Assembly: GCA_973895155.1 (NCBI GenBank)
Contig: OZ316891.1
Span: 32,021,808 to 32,085,807 of the forward strand
Direction of reading: 5' to 3'
DNA from: Marsupella aquatica
Taxonomy: Eukaryota > Plantae > Marchantiophyta
Length of the DNA stretch: 64,000 bases
Part shown: positions 12,201-23,865 of the stretch, piece by piece
Layout: each line of letters opens with the position of its first letter
Position numbering within the stretch: the first letter of the stretch is position 1
Position numbers and translations under genes: made by a program
The notes under the pieces: generated by a model
The model's database searches: none
What the model saw: only the letters and a program-made list of their open reading frames with translations
Told to the model about the DNA's origin: nothing

Positions 12201-14039
12201 GCCTCTGGTAGTATTGTGCATTGGGGGCACTCAATAGGAAACTTGTAGTTGCTTTTACCAACAACAGAAGCTGCATTTTTGAGACAATTCCATGGACATA
12301 AAATATCCAATTGGACATCGGAATGAAGACATGATCTCTAACTATCTTGCACTATATGTCCTTTGAACTGCATTCTTAGATAGCCCAAATAGTTGAATTC
12401 CAAGTGGGACAGTTCACAATCCACAGAGTTGAACCAATTCTGAAATAGAATATAATTCTGAAATAAAATATTTTCATTCTGAGAGTCATAAAGTCAAAAC
12501 TAGTTCATTTTAACTTTGGCCACTGTCTGGCATGAAAGTCTGGAATGCATATACATATTCGATATCTTCATGTCTGTTTCATGCATACATTCTTGGCGGT
12601 GACTGTTGTATTCAACCTCCAATGTCCCGTGCATGTGTGAACAATTGTTTCACTCAGGTTTTTTCAATTCTTTCCGCTCTGTCTTTGAATGTGCTATTCA
12701 TGAATCACTTTGTCTTTGAATGTGCTCAGGCATTTGTTTTGTGTTCTTCGTGTCCCTAGTATTAAGACTTCATTTTGGTGCAGGTGGAGTGCAAAAAGGC
12801 AAGAGTTCTAATTCAGTCCTATTTGCGAGCTTGTATTTGAATGTAGTATTTTGGCTTCGATTGGCTCCTCTGTTTTGCTAGCTTCGAAATGTCTGCTCAT
12901 AACATTTTTTGATGAACATAGGTATGGACAGAATAGAGTAATTGGGAATTCAGATCATATTGTTGTGTGCTTTGTTGGGGATCCTCATGTGTATGTAACT
13001 ACATACACATTCTACCTGAGGGCAGTATGCCTGTACACCTCAGGTAGAACCAAGTACTATCTGTCGCATGATATAATTCCACTACACTTCTATATTAATG
13101 TTGCCTAAGTGCTTTATTGTATTTTTTGGTTGAAATGATGTCACTTGCATTTCATAGTCAGTCTTAGTTGGTTGGCTTGGTATTCATTTGCTTTTCACTC
13201 CCTGGGGCTAGTGAATTTGTTTGCTGTCACTGAGTTTCTTGCGTAAGAACTAGATGTTGTTCATTTTCTCGATCCATGCTCTGTTTTGCTCTGTTTCCTC
13301 TGTTTTGCTGGCTTCTTCATGTCTGCTCATAACATTTTTCAGATCGTGTAGTTATGGATAGAACATAGTAATTGGGATCATACTGTCTTCTGCTCTGTTG
13401 GGGATCCTCTTTGAATATATATATACTTGGTCACATGTATTGAGCTTGGAGGCAGTTTTTTTATTCCCATCTTCATTTTGTCAAGTGACCTTTCTGCCAC
13501 CCCCTTTTGGTGGCCTCTTTTTTAGGAAGCTCCTTATTGTGAACACAGTCTGTACTTTGGTTATGAAGTTTGACTGAGTGCTGCGGGCCAATTCCTGTGC
13601 CGACCTGTGCTGTAATTTGCTTTGTTTTGCATCCACTCTTTAGTTTCCTTCTATTTTATCGACGAGTTTCATGCATATCATGTTTATAAGAGCTTTTGTG
13701 CTGATGCACAATATAGTTGTGCCAACTGAATGCCAATCTACCTACACTCCTGCTCAGTTCACTCTTGCAAGCAGTGAACTACCTCTCTGCTGCTCACTGT
13801 AGGGTGAGACTTTCAGTCTTTCTGGATATTGTAGTTTGCAACATTGTTCATTAGGAGTGTTTCATGCTATGTTTATACTATGACCTCTAGTTGGAACCAA
13901 GGGAATGACACAGTGAGTGGGAACTGATTAGTCTCTCTTCTGGTTGTTGTTGGAGAGGCAATTACAGTTCCTGCTGACCTTGCTGATCGAAGGACGTTTG
14001 AGGACGTGAACACAAGACATCTGAACAACAACAACAGTT

Positions 14040-14493
14040 ATGGTGAGCACCCGCAATGCTGAACATGATTGTGCGGCTTGCATGCAAGGCAGAGAGGTTG
14101 CACCTTGAGTATGTCAGACTTGGGATCCTTCCTGCCCAGTCTGCATGGTACTTTGAGTACCTTGTTGTTGCCAGGAATAACTACAGCCGGCCTGTACCTA
14201 CTTCTCCACCCTTCCCAGCATCCTTGGTATTTCTGTCTCTCGTACATGACCCACCACAAATTAGGGCCCAAGGGTGTGTACACAGTTGCCAATATGACTG
14301 TCCTGCCTGTCGGGCATCTGGCCCAGAGTTGGATGACCGTTCTCTTGGATGTCAATTTTTGCATAGAGCACAATGTATCATCTGGAACCACTCGCCATCC
14401 TGTAGTGTGCCTGGCAATGTCACTTGTCCTGGCCTCCCAGACCCCACCACTGGTGCTTTTGGTGTCTACACATGTTTGGATCACACGCTGTAG
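14040..14493 (+). pseudogene. Cys/His-rich cargo ORF of unknown function, copy 1 (4-bp insertion near the start)
   Basis: Homologous to 32836-33285. ATG at 14040 corresponds to the copy-2 ATG. Contains GCVHSCQYDCPAC...LGCQFLHRAQC. Confidence 0.4.
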
Positions 14494-15676
14494 AGGAGCA
14501 CAGTTTGTCACCCCGTATGCACAGACCAGAGTGGAATGACCTCACACTTAATGCTCTGACTTAAGCACCAAGGATATTAATTTAAAATTTTGAAGTATGA
14601 GAAATTTTGGGTAAAGTGTTTAGGGTCCAGAGTATATAACTTATCCTATTTTGGCTGCACTAAGTGGAATATTATAATGTAAGAATTAAGCAAGCTCTCT
14701 TTAAATTCTCCATTCAAAGATTGCTTTAATATCTACTTTAACTTGGCCAACATTGTAACATTCTATGACAGAATTAATGGGCCATGCGATAACCTGCAAA
14801 CATCCCTTACACGTATGACTTATTTGTCTCACTATCATAGCCTATATAGGATGTATAAACTAAGTACAACCCTCATCACATTGCTTGATCCCAATCTTGT
14901 TGGAAAAATGCCTATTTTTCATGTGATGACTATTGTATGTGATTCAAATGCATGAAATGTTGTTGCAGATCTTTTTTGGTGAATCACATCCACGAATTTG
15001 AGGTGTTGGTGGAGCAATTGTACTAGGGGTTTAGTTTTGTGTGTGGGCTCAACAAACCAAAAGTATGTCTGCTCTGCATCCTTGTGTGGCCATTGCAATT
15101 CATTGCAGTAGCAAATGCCTTTGTACCTTAAATGCTAAATTTTACTTTTTGTGAAGTCTGCTAAAGTACATTGTCTGTACAGTCTGCCAAAATGTATTGC
15201 CTATACCGTCTACTTAATTGTACTGTCTGTCTCATGCGTAGGTATGGCACGCCCCAAAATTCCAGCGAAAAAGCGTGTGATCGATAGAGGTGAGCAACAC
15301 AGGTGTACCTGGGCCACATGTTACTAACTTCTCTGCAAGTCAGATTTTCCAGAAGGCAGCTCATTGTTGTGCCATTTGTGACGATGGTGGGAGCTTGGTC
15401 ATCTGTGAGGGCCCTTGCATGAGGCATTTCCACCTCAACCCAAAGTCTCACCTTGCTGCAAAAAACAATTGTCCAGGGGTGGGCCTCCCGTCAACACACC
15501 AGGGAGACTGGATGTGCACTGGTTGTTTGGAAAAGCAGGCTAAGTGTGCACAGTGTGGGAAGTTGGGGTCCTATGAGGGCTCTGTTGATGCTGCACCGGA
15601 TGTTAGGAAATGTCCAGACCATTTTTGTGTGAGGTTTGTCTGTTTTGAGTGTTTGCCTGCTCATGCCACAACTTGC

Positions 15677-18600
15677 TGTCAAACACTTGTCAAGGAGCTT
15701 AAGCGGCTTTTCTCCCCAAAAGACTACCTAATACCTTCTCCATATCATACCAGGGTCACAAAAAGATTTACAAAACTTCTGAAATGTGCCTACAATGTCT
15801 AATCACTCCATACATAAGTAGTTTCAACTCTCCACTTCTAGAGAGGTAGTCCCCTTGACTACTTTTGTACTCACACCCTTCCTCTCTCCTCTACTCCAAG
15901 GATCAGCAAGGGGGATCTCCGCTCCAAGCTATCACCTTAGAGTAGATTCTCACACAAACACCCAAGAACCAAGGTACTTTCCTCTTCAAGCTTAAGTCTC
16001 CTCAACACCCTCAAAGTAGTGTTACCCCTCAACCTTGCCCCCTGGCCTTGGTTTGGGTCCACACATCCCCCTTTGAGCTCTAGAGAAGGCTCCTCTATCT
16101 AAGGACTCTTCCTCGTGTTCTTACTTCTTGTTAACACCACACACCAAGCAAAATACTTTCCACCCTCAAGCTATAATCCTTTCTAAGTCTCAAAGTAGTG
16201 CTCTACCTTAACCTTGCCTCCTTGGCCTTGGTTTTGTACTAGCACATCCCCTTTGAGCTTAGACCAAGATTACATCATAGCATGGACTATTTTCTTGCTC
16301 TCATATACTTCAAATGCACTCACACTTAATGGTCACAATGAAGATTGGCAAGTCTCCTTTTATTGCATCACCTTTACAACAAAAGTTCACTACACATTCT
16401 CCACACTAAGCATGGACCACCTCTCCCTTCTCAAGCTTAGCCCTACCTTGGCAAGGTAGAGATTCCACTTAAGAGATGAGACTCCCGGTCCCTAACAAAT
16501 AAAAACTTACTCCTTATATACTATTCTCCTTCCACACCACACCAAGCTTGACCTGGGGTCCAACTACTCCTCCCCCAAGTCCTCCTAACACACAAAGTCC
16601 AACTCTATAATTCGTAGCCCACCCTACAACCTATTGTTTGCACTCCTTCCAAGCCCTGGAATATGCCACACATGAGTTGCATGCTTTGACCTCCAAACCT
16701 TCTCCCACTTATGGTCCTCCTCACCAGCTTCCCAACCCACTTGAAATCTTGCAAAAAGAGTGAGTGAGTCTCAAGGTGTGCCTAGTCAAAGATGGCCTTA
16801 TGTTACTTGTAACCCCTTTACTACCCTAAGTAAACTACCCCCTATACTTACTTTTCTTAACATGATGGCCTTACACCTTTGAAAAAAGGTAAGTACCCTT
16901 CCCTAGAGCCTAACTAAAGTGGTATGGGTGCAAGAAAGGTCAGCCCCTAAATCTGGTAGTTATTCCCCTATGCCGACTTTGGTTTGCAAGCTATCAGGAC
17001 CCCCTCGTGGCCTCGGCTAAAAATATATTTGAGTGACTCTTTTTCTGGGTTTCCACCTTCACCAAGGGGTGCCTTATCTTTCCCTAACTCAACACAAAAA
17101 AAATTGGGCCCCAACGGATACCCCTAGCCAAAGTTATGTCCATTCTCCCAAGGCCTGTTTTTGGTGTAAAGCGGGTGTAAGCGACGACCCGATTACACTT
17201 ACGTTATACACCCCTTATGGAGATTCCAGGTGTCACCAGGGGAGAGTACTCTCATTATACTCACGTTTCTTATGAAGAATTTGATAAGGACATCAATTTT
17301 TGCAGCCATTTTCCTCTCTCTTGAATTCAATCTGAAAGTGCATCATTCTCTATTGGATTCTAATGGTAGCAGGTCAATCTACAGCTCAACCAGATTTGCA
17401 GCACCCTTCTCAGTCCACCTCCATAGCCATCCAGCCTTGCAAGTGATTCAAAATCGCAGCATAATTTTGCAGCAGCCATAGCCCACCAATTCACAGCTAG
17501 CAGCACAACAGCACATTCAAAGCACAGCAACAGATTCGAAGCACAGCAACAGCAGCCATAGCTTGATTCCTTCTCAGCAACTAGCTCTATTCCAATCACT
17601 CATCCAAACAGGTCTCTCTTCTCAATTTTGCAACTGCCCACCTCTGCAATTTCGCAGCTAGCAGCAATCCTATTTTGCAGCCATAGCTCTTCAATTCGCA
17701 GCAGCAGCCCTCTTCCTTGTTGATCCGCTAATCAATTCTTGTGCAGCAGTCCATCTGATCAGCCGCCAGCCCTTCAATTTCGTAGCCCACCATAGCTCAT
17801 AGCCAACCAACTAGCTCTTGATCAGCAGCAGCCTATTTCTCCATAGCAAGCAGCTCTATTCCAATCAACAACATCAAGCAACCAGCCAATTCTAATCAGC
17901 ATCCCATGCTTGAAGCTATAGTAGCTCAATTCAATTTCGTAGCTGCCTCTTGATCCCAATTCGAAGCAAGCATCTCATGTATTGACCCTTATGGTGTTCC
18001 TGACCTCGTGCTTGAGTCGCCCCGGCCTCGTGCTTAAGTCGTGGTCGCCGCCGACGCGGTTGACACTTAGAAAAATTTCGGATTTTTTTGTTGGGAAAAC
18101 AGTATTTACAGGCTGTTTTGGACCGCCCCCAAAAATCACACATGAGTCCCAAATGACTTCTGAGTATATATACATATTTTCTAGACATAGGACTATGTAC
18201 TGGTTTACTAATATCTAAACAAAACCTTATCACCGATTTTCTAAAATTAGGTAAAGTGGGTCAATTATTATGTTTTCCAAAATTCTTCTCACCTTTGAGA
18301 TGCTCCCAAAAAGTAACCAAAGATACCCAGCTTCTACCACAAGTTTCCAGAGATAGAGTGGACCATATTTAACCCACTTCCAAACTTGGAACTCCTAAAT
18401 TTACTCATCAGCTATTTTTCCCGGGACCCGCTATTTTGTTAATTTAAGTCACACCAAAACACAAGGAAACCCTAGGTTGAGACCCCACTTGACATCTAAC
18501 TTTTTAGGGGTGCTCTAGGGACCTCCTAGCATCTATGGGAAAAATATGAACCAAAACTAAGACTTCAAGTGTCGGGTTGTTTCCCCGGCTCGGAATAGTC

Positions 18601-18836
18601 GCCTAGTCTAAATAAGGACGGAACGTTGTATGCCCCATCATAAAGACCTTCTTATCCCTTGTCACTTGCTTAGAACTCAGTAACCTTCCATTCCACTTTC
18701 TTTCCTATTCTACCTACTTAAGTTCCTAAAACCTAGTTACTCCGATAGCACTTAAAACGTCTTTCTTACTATTCCTTGTTCAAAAAGCAAAAAAATGACA
18801 AGTTTCTTACATAAACCTATATCGAGCCATTCCACA
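15677..18836 (-). mobile_element. Solo LTR, family B (3160 bp)
   Basis: TG...CA termini (TGTCAAAC...TTCCACA). TSD CTTGC at 15672-15676 and 18837-18841. It interrupts the PHD frame exactly. Strand is inferred from the terminal 8-mer shared with family C. Confidence 0.85.
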
Positions 18837-20148
18837 CTTGCCCAATTCATAGGTGCATGGCATGTGGTGAGCATGATGATGAGTACTTGGCTGACATAGT
18901 CCACTGTGCTAGGTGTCCCACTATGTGGCACTATCATTGCTTGAAAGATCGTCAAGCAGAGGGTTATGCTTGTGACTGTGAGCCGCTCAATTAGTGGGTT
19001 AAATTAGTTTTAGGTTAGATTTTTTCTTTTTTGTTCTAAGTAAGCATATTATGCCTGTAAATGAGTGAGAAGTAGAAGTGAAGCTGAAGTAAACTCTCTT
19101 CAGTATAGCAGAGTAAGAAAGTTTCATTAGTTTAAACCACGGTTAACTTAATAGTGGATTAGTGGATTAGATAGGTAATCAGATCCTTAGAGTTTGTAAT
19201 TTAGGCTGAGATTTTTTCTGAAGGTTCTAGGCAGGCCCTGGAGAACCCTTGTAAAAGTGCAAGTCATTTCAACCGTTCAATTAGAAGCTATTTACAGTGG
19301 AACAAAACTTAAAATAGCCAACTTGCAGGACCTAGGGAAAATAGCCAGAGAGCAACAAATGTATTTTGAAGGCTAGCCATGGTGTTACTATACCTAACAA
19401 TATCCCTCAGAATTACTAAACCTTGTTTTGGACTTATAGATACTTTTTGGGAGTGGTCCGAATTCTGTAAAAGTAGCTATGAAGTATGACGGATTGCAGA
19501 CTTTGAACAATTATAAAAAAGCCAAGTTTAGTTATATATCAACTCTAAGAATTGTTTTAGGAAGCCCTAGGGCTAGGAAATCCAGGAGTATGTTCATAAT
19601 AGTTTTTTTCCTTATGAGTGAGTTTTGAGCTATAGGCGAAGATGGCTAATGTTAAATGCCATAAGTAGCACTTAAAGGGAGACTTAAAGGGAGGAAAGTT
19701 CTTTGTGCTTACAAAGGGGTAATTCAGCTGCGTAGAGAAACGTGGTGGACTCATTTACATCTGTAAAGGGCAGGGTTACAATGTAAAAGAGCTAGCTAAG
19801 GCCAGGTGTCGAGCCCAGAATTCAATAGAGCAAAAATCAAAGTGAAATTGAAGGGAGAATGGAGCTCAACGAGAATCAGAAGACCTGAACTAGAAGAGGA
19901 AATTCTGGAGCACGAATTAAAGGAGAACACATGGAAGGGAAATTAATAGAGAAGATTGAAATTTCTGAATCAGAGAGAATATTTTACAGAAAGGAGAAGT
20001 CATCGACTACTAACAAGGGGGCTCTTCAGGCGAAATCAACTTGCACCTTCCATAGGGGAACTTCGAGGTGACAACAGTGGACAGCTAGAAGACCATTTCC
20101 TCAGCTAGGGTGATTGACAAGAAATCTGAGCTGTGGCCCTTAACTTCA

Positions 20149-20373
20149 GGAATTGAATGTAGTATCAAGTCCATAGAGGTATTTCTGAAATTAGAATGGC
20201 TGTTCTTTGGACTCAAGAATTGAATGCAGGATTAGTATCAAGTCCATAGAGATATTTCTGAAATTAGAATGGCTGCTCTTTGGACTCAAGAATTGAATGC
20301 AGGATTAGTATCAAGTCCATAGAGATATTTCTGAAATTAGAATGGCTGCTCTTTGGACTCACAAATTGAATGC
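20149..20373. repeat. 73-bp tandem repeat x3 inside solo LTR C
   Basis: AGTATCAAGTCCATAGAG recurs at 20161, 20234 and 20307. Confidence 0.85.
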
Positions 20374-20861
20374 TACCAAGGTCAACCGACAATCGAGAGA
20401 AGAACACATGGAAGGGAGATATTTTTGTGAGAATGGAGGGCTGGTATGAACAGAAGCACCAGCCAGACTTCCTTCAAATAAGCCACGATCCCTTCAAACA
20501 AGTTCAGTTCTCTAAGTCCTAGCTTAGTTCTCTCCTTGCTCCAAACTGAATCAGGCAAACCGAGTTTACACCAGTAACTAAGCCTTGAGATAAGGTTGAC
20601 CCTAGTTTAAAGTGACAATATCGATGGGTTCTGCTGAAACCTGAATAAATCGCTTAGTTTAGACTCAATCGGAGTACTTTTAAATGCATTGGAAAGCTAT
20701 CGACGGTGGCTAGAGGCTGGCACAAGCTAGGAGGATTGGGAGTTCACTAAGATTCTCTTGGAAGTCAGGTTGTATAACAGTTTGATATTGCCAGCTACTT
20801 GAGAGGTTTCGATTGTGGTAAGGCTCTAAAAGGAGGTCAAGTGGGACTACAATCAAAGTGC

Positions 20862-21206
20862 ATGGCTGATCCAAGAGTTCCTGATCCAAGAGGGCTACCT
20901 GATCATCACTTTCCTCCCCTGGTCCACAAGGCTAAGTTCACCTTGTGGAGTAAGCATGGGAGAGCAAATGCCGACCCCGACATTTGGCTGGCCCAATACC
21001 TAGCTTGCTCAAAAGTGGACAAGAGGGGCAGAAGTTCAAATCTGAGGGCTTTCACCAAGGTGTACCTCAAGCATTTCAGAGAGGACAACCAGATTACCAA
21101 GCCACTAACCAGTATGGTAAGGAAGTACCATGCTTGGGTCATTCGCAAGGCCCTAATCGGATGGGTGAGGCCTGGAGAAGGGCTCTTTCATGTCAAGGGG
21201 ACCTAG
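20862..21206 (+). CDS. Possible small LTR-embedded ORF (114 aa), unknown function
   Basis: ATG-initiated ORF MADPRVPDPRGLPDHHFPP... on the inferred sense strand of LTR C. No recognised domain. Confidence 0.25.
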   Translation: MADPRVPDPRGLPDHHFPPLVHKAKFTLWSKHGRANADPDIWLAQYLACSKVDKRGRSSNLRAFTKVYLKHFREDNQITKPLTSMVRKYHAWVIRKALIGWVRPGEGLFHVKGT

Positions 21207-22897
21207 GCTGGTTCTGGAGTCCAGGAATAAGGAGGTTAAGGAGTGGAGTCCTTAAAGCCAACATGGAGGATACCTAAGGACCTGAGTTACATGCAGACTT
21301 GGAGGAACTTGGAGGGCCATTGGAAGTTGATCCCTCTACTATTTTTAGAGCTATTTTGTAGATAGGGATGACTGTACTTTGGAGGCTGACTTAGTCCCTG
21401 ATTTGGAGGGATAGGACAGCCAAGTCAGGAGGTGAGGTGGACCTGAATGAAGGGCTGAAATCAAGGAGTTGATTTAGGCTTTCAAAAGGTCACCAACTAG
21501 CTGACAAACAAGTGAGTTAGTGAGATAGTTAGGAGGATAAGTAAGGATCTTTGACCCCCTTGAAAGGTGGGCTGGTCTTTTTTTAGTGATGAGTCACTTG
21601 CTGGCCTTTGGGGTGGTTTTGGACTTTGTGATGAGTTGGAGCCAAGCAAGGAGTACTTCAGTTGGTGTGAGTTACTTTGTGTGGGTCCAAGTATGGAGAA
21701 TCAAGGAGTAGCACTAAGAGACCTTAGGGGAACTAAGGTAGATGTTCTAGGGGTACTAGAACTCAAGTGTATGCCTTGAGGCTTGAAAGGACCATAGTGT
21801 TAAGTAGTAGGAGTTGAAGAAGCTAAAGTATAGCAAGTAGGTAGTGACAACCTACCCATGTACTTCCTTTGAAATTCTTATGAAATTTCAGCGCATTTCT
21901 GGGAAAGAAATTGTTGATGTGCACTCATCTGAAATCTTGAGGCCCTTGTGGTCTAGCATGTTTCTCATATGATCTTTGTGACTCCAGAAGTCTTCTCTTT
22001 GGGTAAGGGAGACCTAGATTAGTTGTCTTGCCGGGTAGGGGGACATTTCCAGCGGTGGAAACCAAAGAATACCCATTTCTGGTGACGAAAACCAAATACA
22101 TTTGCACAGTCTCAAGGAGAAGCAAAGGCTTAATGGAAATAGAGGTAGTTCCTTCTTATGGAGCGTCCCTCCCGTAGTTCCTGGTGATAAAGAGCTATCA
22201 AGTGCAAGCTTTTAGTACAATAAGGCTTATTAGCTCAGAAGCGAGGGTTTGACAGTGACAGAGAAATCTATGATCACTCTGCACATGGTGTTGATCGATG
22301 GATATTTTATTGTCATCACCATGCCATTGATCCTACCTTGCGCACTCCTATGAGAGATCACATATCTTGGCTGTGAAGCTGAACATTGTACATGCACAGG
22401 GCACCTAATGTGGATGTACTATTTTTGGAGATTGCAGAGATTCCAATTTTGAATAGGAGTTGGGTAGGCGAGTTTATATAGGGAGCACTTATCCTGTGCC
22501 CTGGCGTTATTGGCTGGGTACATGCCTATAAAAACTTATCCTTACAAGCCTTCTTGGAAGTATTTAGACTGAGTGGTCATTTTCACAAACACTCTCATCA
22601 GACTGCTAAATTAAAACAGGACTTCAAAGTTGTAAGCATTAGGCATGCAATTAATCAAATTGCCCTATAAGTTTGTCATTGAATGTATCCTCCTTTACAA
22701 CAAAATATGTATGTGCGGCCATGACAAGTTGGTTGCACTTCATTTCACCTTTGATATGGATTTCCTAGTATATACTCAAACAATGTCCTACATCGGTGCA
22801 GGTGCCTAGTACTTATTGTTCACATATCCCCTATACCTATCAAAATTGGACCGGATCAACTTAAAAAGCAGGAATTTTGGTGTCCTTCTATTGGCAG

Positions 22898-23819
22898 GTG
22901 AACCCATTCTTCCAATATTCACTCTCATCACGTAGGGTGTGTGTACATGGAGCCTGGGAAACGTAGAAAGTGTGACCACCCAGTAGTGTTTACAGGGGTC
23001 AGAGCCATTTTGGTCCATGGCCAGCATGGGTTGACCAAAGTGCATTGGCCAACTGTACAGAAATGATTCTCTGAGCTCCATGGCACTGTACTTCAGGACA
23101 TCACTCCAGAGACTACACATGTTGTTGCAGGGACATGGCTATCAGTGATAAACAAGTGGTCATGGTCCTACATGAATTCTGCAATTACTAAGCAAGGCCT
23201 AAAAGTAGTTGAGGCCTCTTGGATCACAGATTCCATAGCACATCAGATTGTACAGGATACTGAGCATATGAATTGTGGGAGGATGAAGAAGCTACTGCAT
23301 CAGCTTGGGCTGAACAAGAAGTCTGGGAAGCAAAGGCATGGTTTGCTGATGTCCAATATGGACCTGTACTCAACAAAGGACAAAGCTCAAGAAGGCTGAA
23401 GAGTATGTTGGCTGAGGAGATGAAGCAACCAACCCCCATTCTGAAAGGGCTGAGCATGGTTTTTGTGGAGGCGGGAATTGGAGAGGTTAAGTGCAAAGTG
23501 TACAAGTCCACAGTGCTTGACCTAGGTGGGACAGTGGAGGAGAATATAACAGAGGACACCACTCATGTCATTACTAAGTCATATCCCAAAGCCTGCCGCA
23601 AGTTTGGGAAGGGTGACATTCGCTTTTATGTCATGTCCCATAAATGTGTTGGTGGTTTCATATGCTTGGCTTGTGCAATCAGTAGTAGCTGGGAAGCCTC
23701 AAAACCCAATGGACTATGATCTTTTTGAGGCCTGGCCACGGAAGGGTCAGGATCCTCACAGTGAAAACTATGTGACAACAAGTGAGGAAGGGGTCATTAG
23801 CGATTCTGAATCAGAGTGA
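22898..23819 (+). pseudogene. Tandem-BRCT cargo gene, copy 1 (frameshifted, TGA at 23064)
   Basis: Two BRCT signatures: HGTVLQDITPETTHVV...VVEASWITDS and LGGTVEENITEDTTHVI...VVSYAWLVQS. Splice acceptor TTGGCAG| at 22897. Confidence 0.75.
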
Positions 23820-23865
23820 GGACTACATAGTAGCATCAGTTTTGAGACAAGCTTTTTGTACAAAT

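Larger units (their letters stand above)
18977..22254 (+). mobile_element. Solo LTR, family C (3278 bp)
   Basis: Termini TGTGAGCC...GTTTGACA. TSD GTGAC at 18972-18976 and 22255-22259. Hairpin motif at 22046-22061. Confidence 0.85.
15244..22376 (+). pseudogene. EDM2-like PHD-finger module gene split by two solo LTRs (coding parts 15244-15676, 18842-18976, 22260-22376)
   Basis: Removing each LTR plus one TSD copy restores a continuous frame: CAICDDGGSLVICEGPCMRHFH...CTGCLEKQAKCAQCGKLGS...HATTC|PIHRCMACGE...VHCARCPTMWHYHCL...ACD|REIYD...RWIFYCHHHAIDPTLRTPMRDHISWL*. This matches the recalled EDM2 PHD region, including its C-terminal ..YC..H.ID..L.TP.RDH.. motif. There is a 4-bp frameshift near the ATG relative to copy 2. 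Confidence 0.8.

Noticed and set aside
10577-12310. Short ORFs in the CACTA-1 left region, and the many antisense ORFs over gag-pol and the LTR ORFs
   Set aside because: No recognisable domains or paralog support; these are expected shadow or chance ORFs.
15677-22254. One 6.6-kb element bounded by TGTCAAAC...GTTTGACA inverted repeats
   Set aside because: The outer flanks (CTTGC vs GTGAC) do not match. The region resolves into two insertions with their own TSDs and the intervening PHD exon piece.
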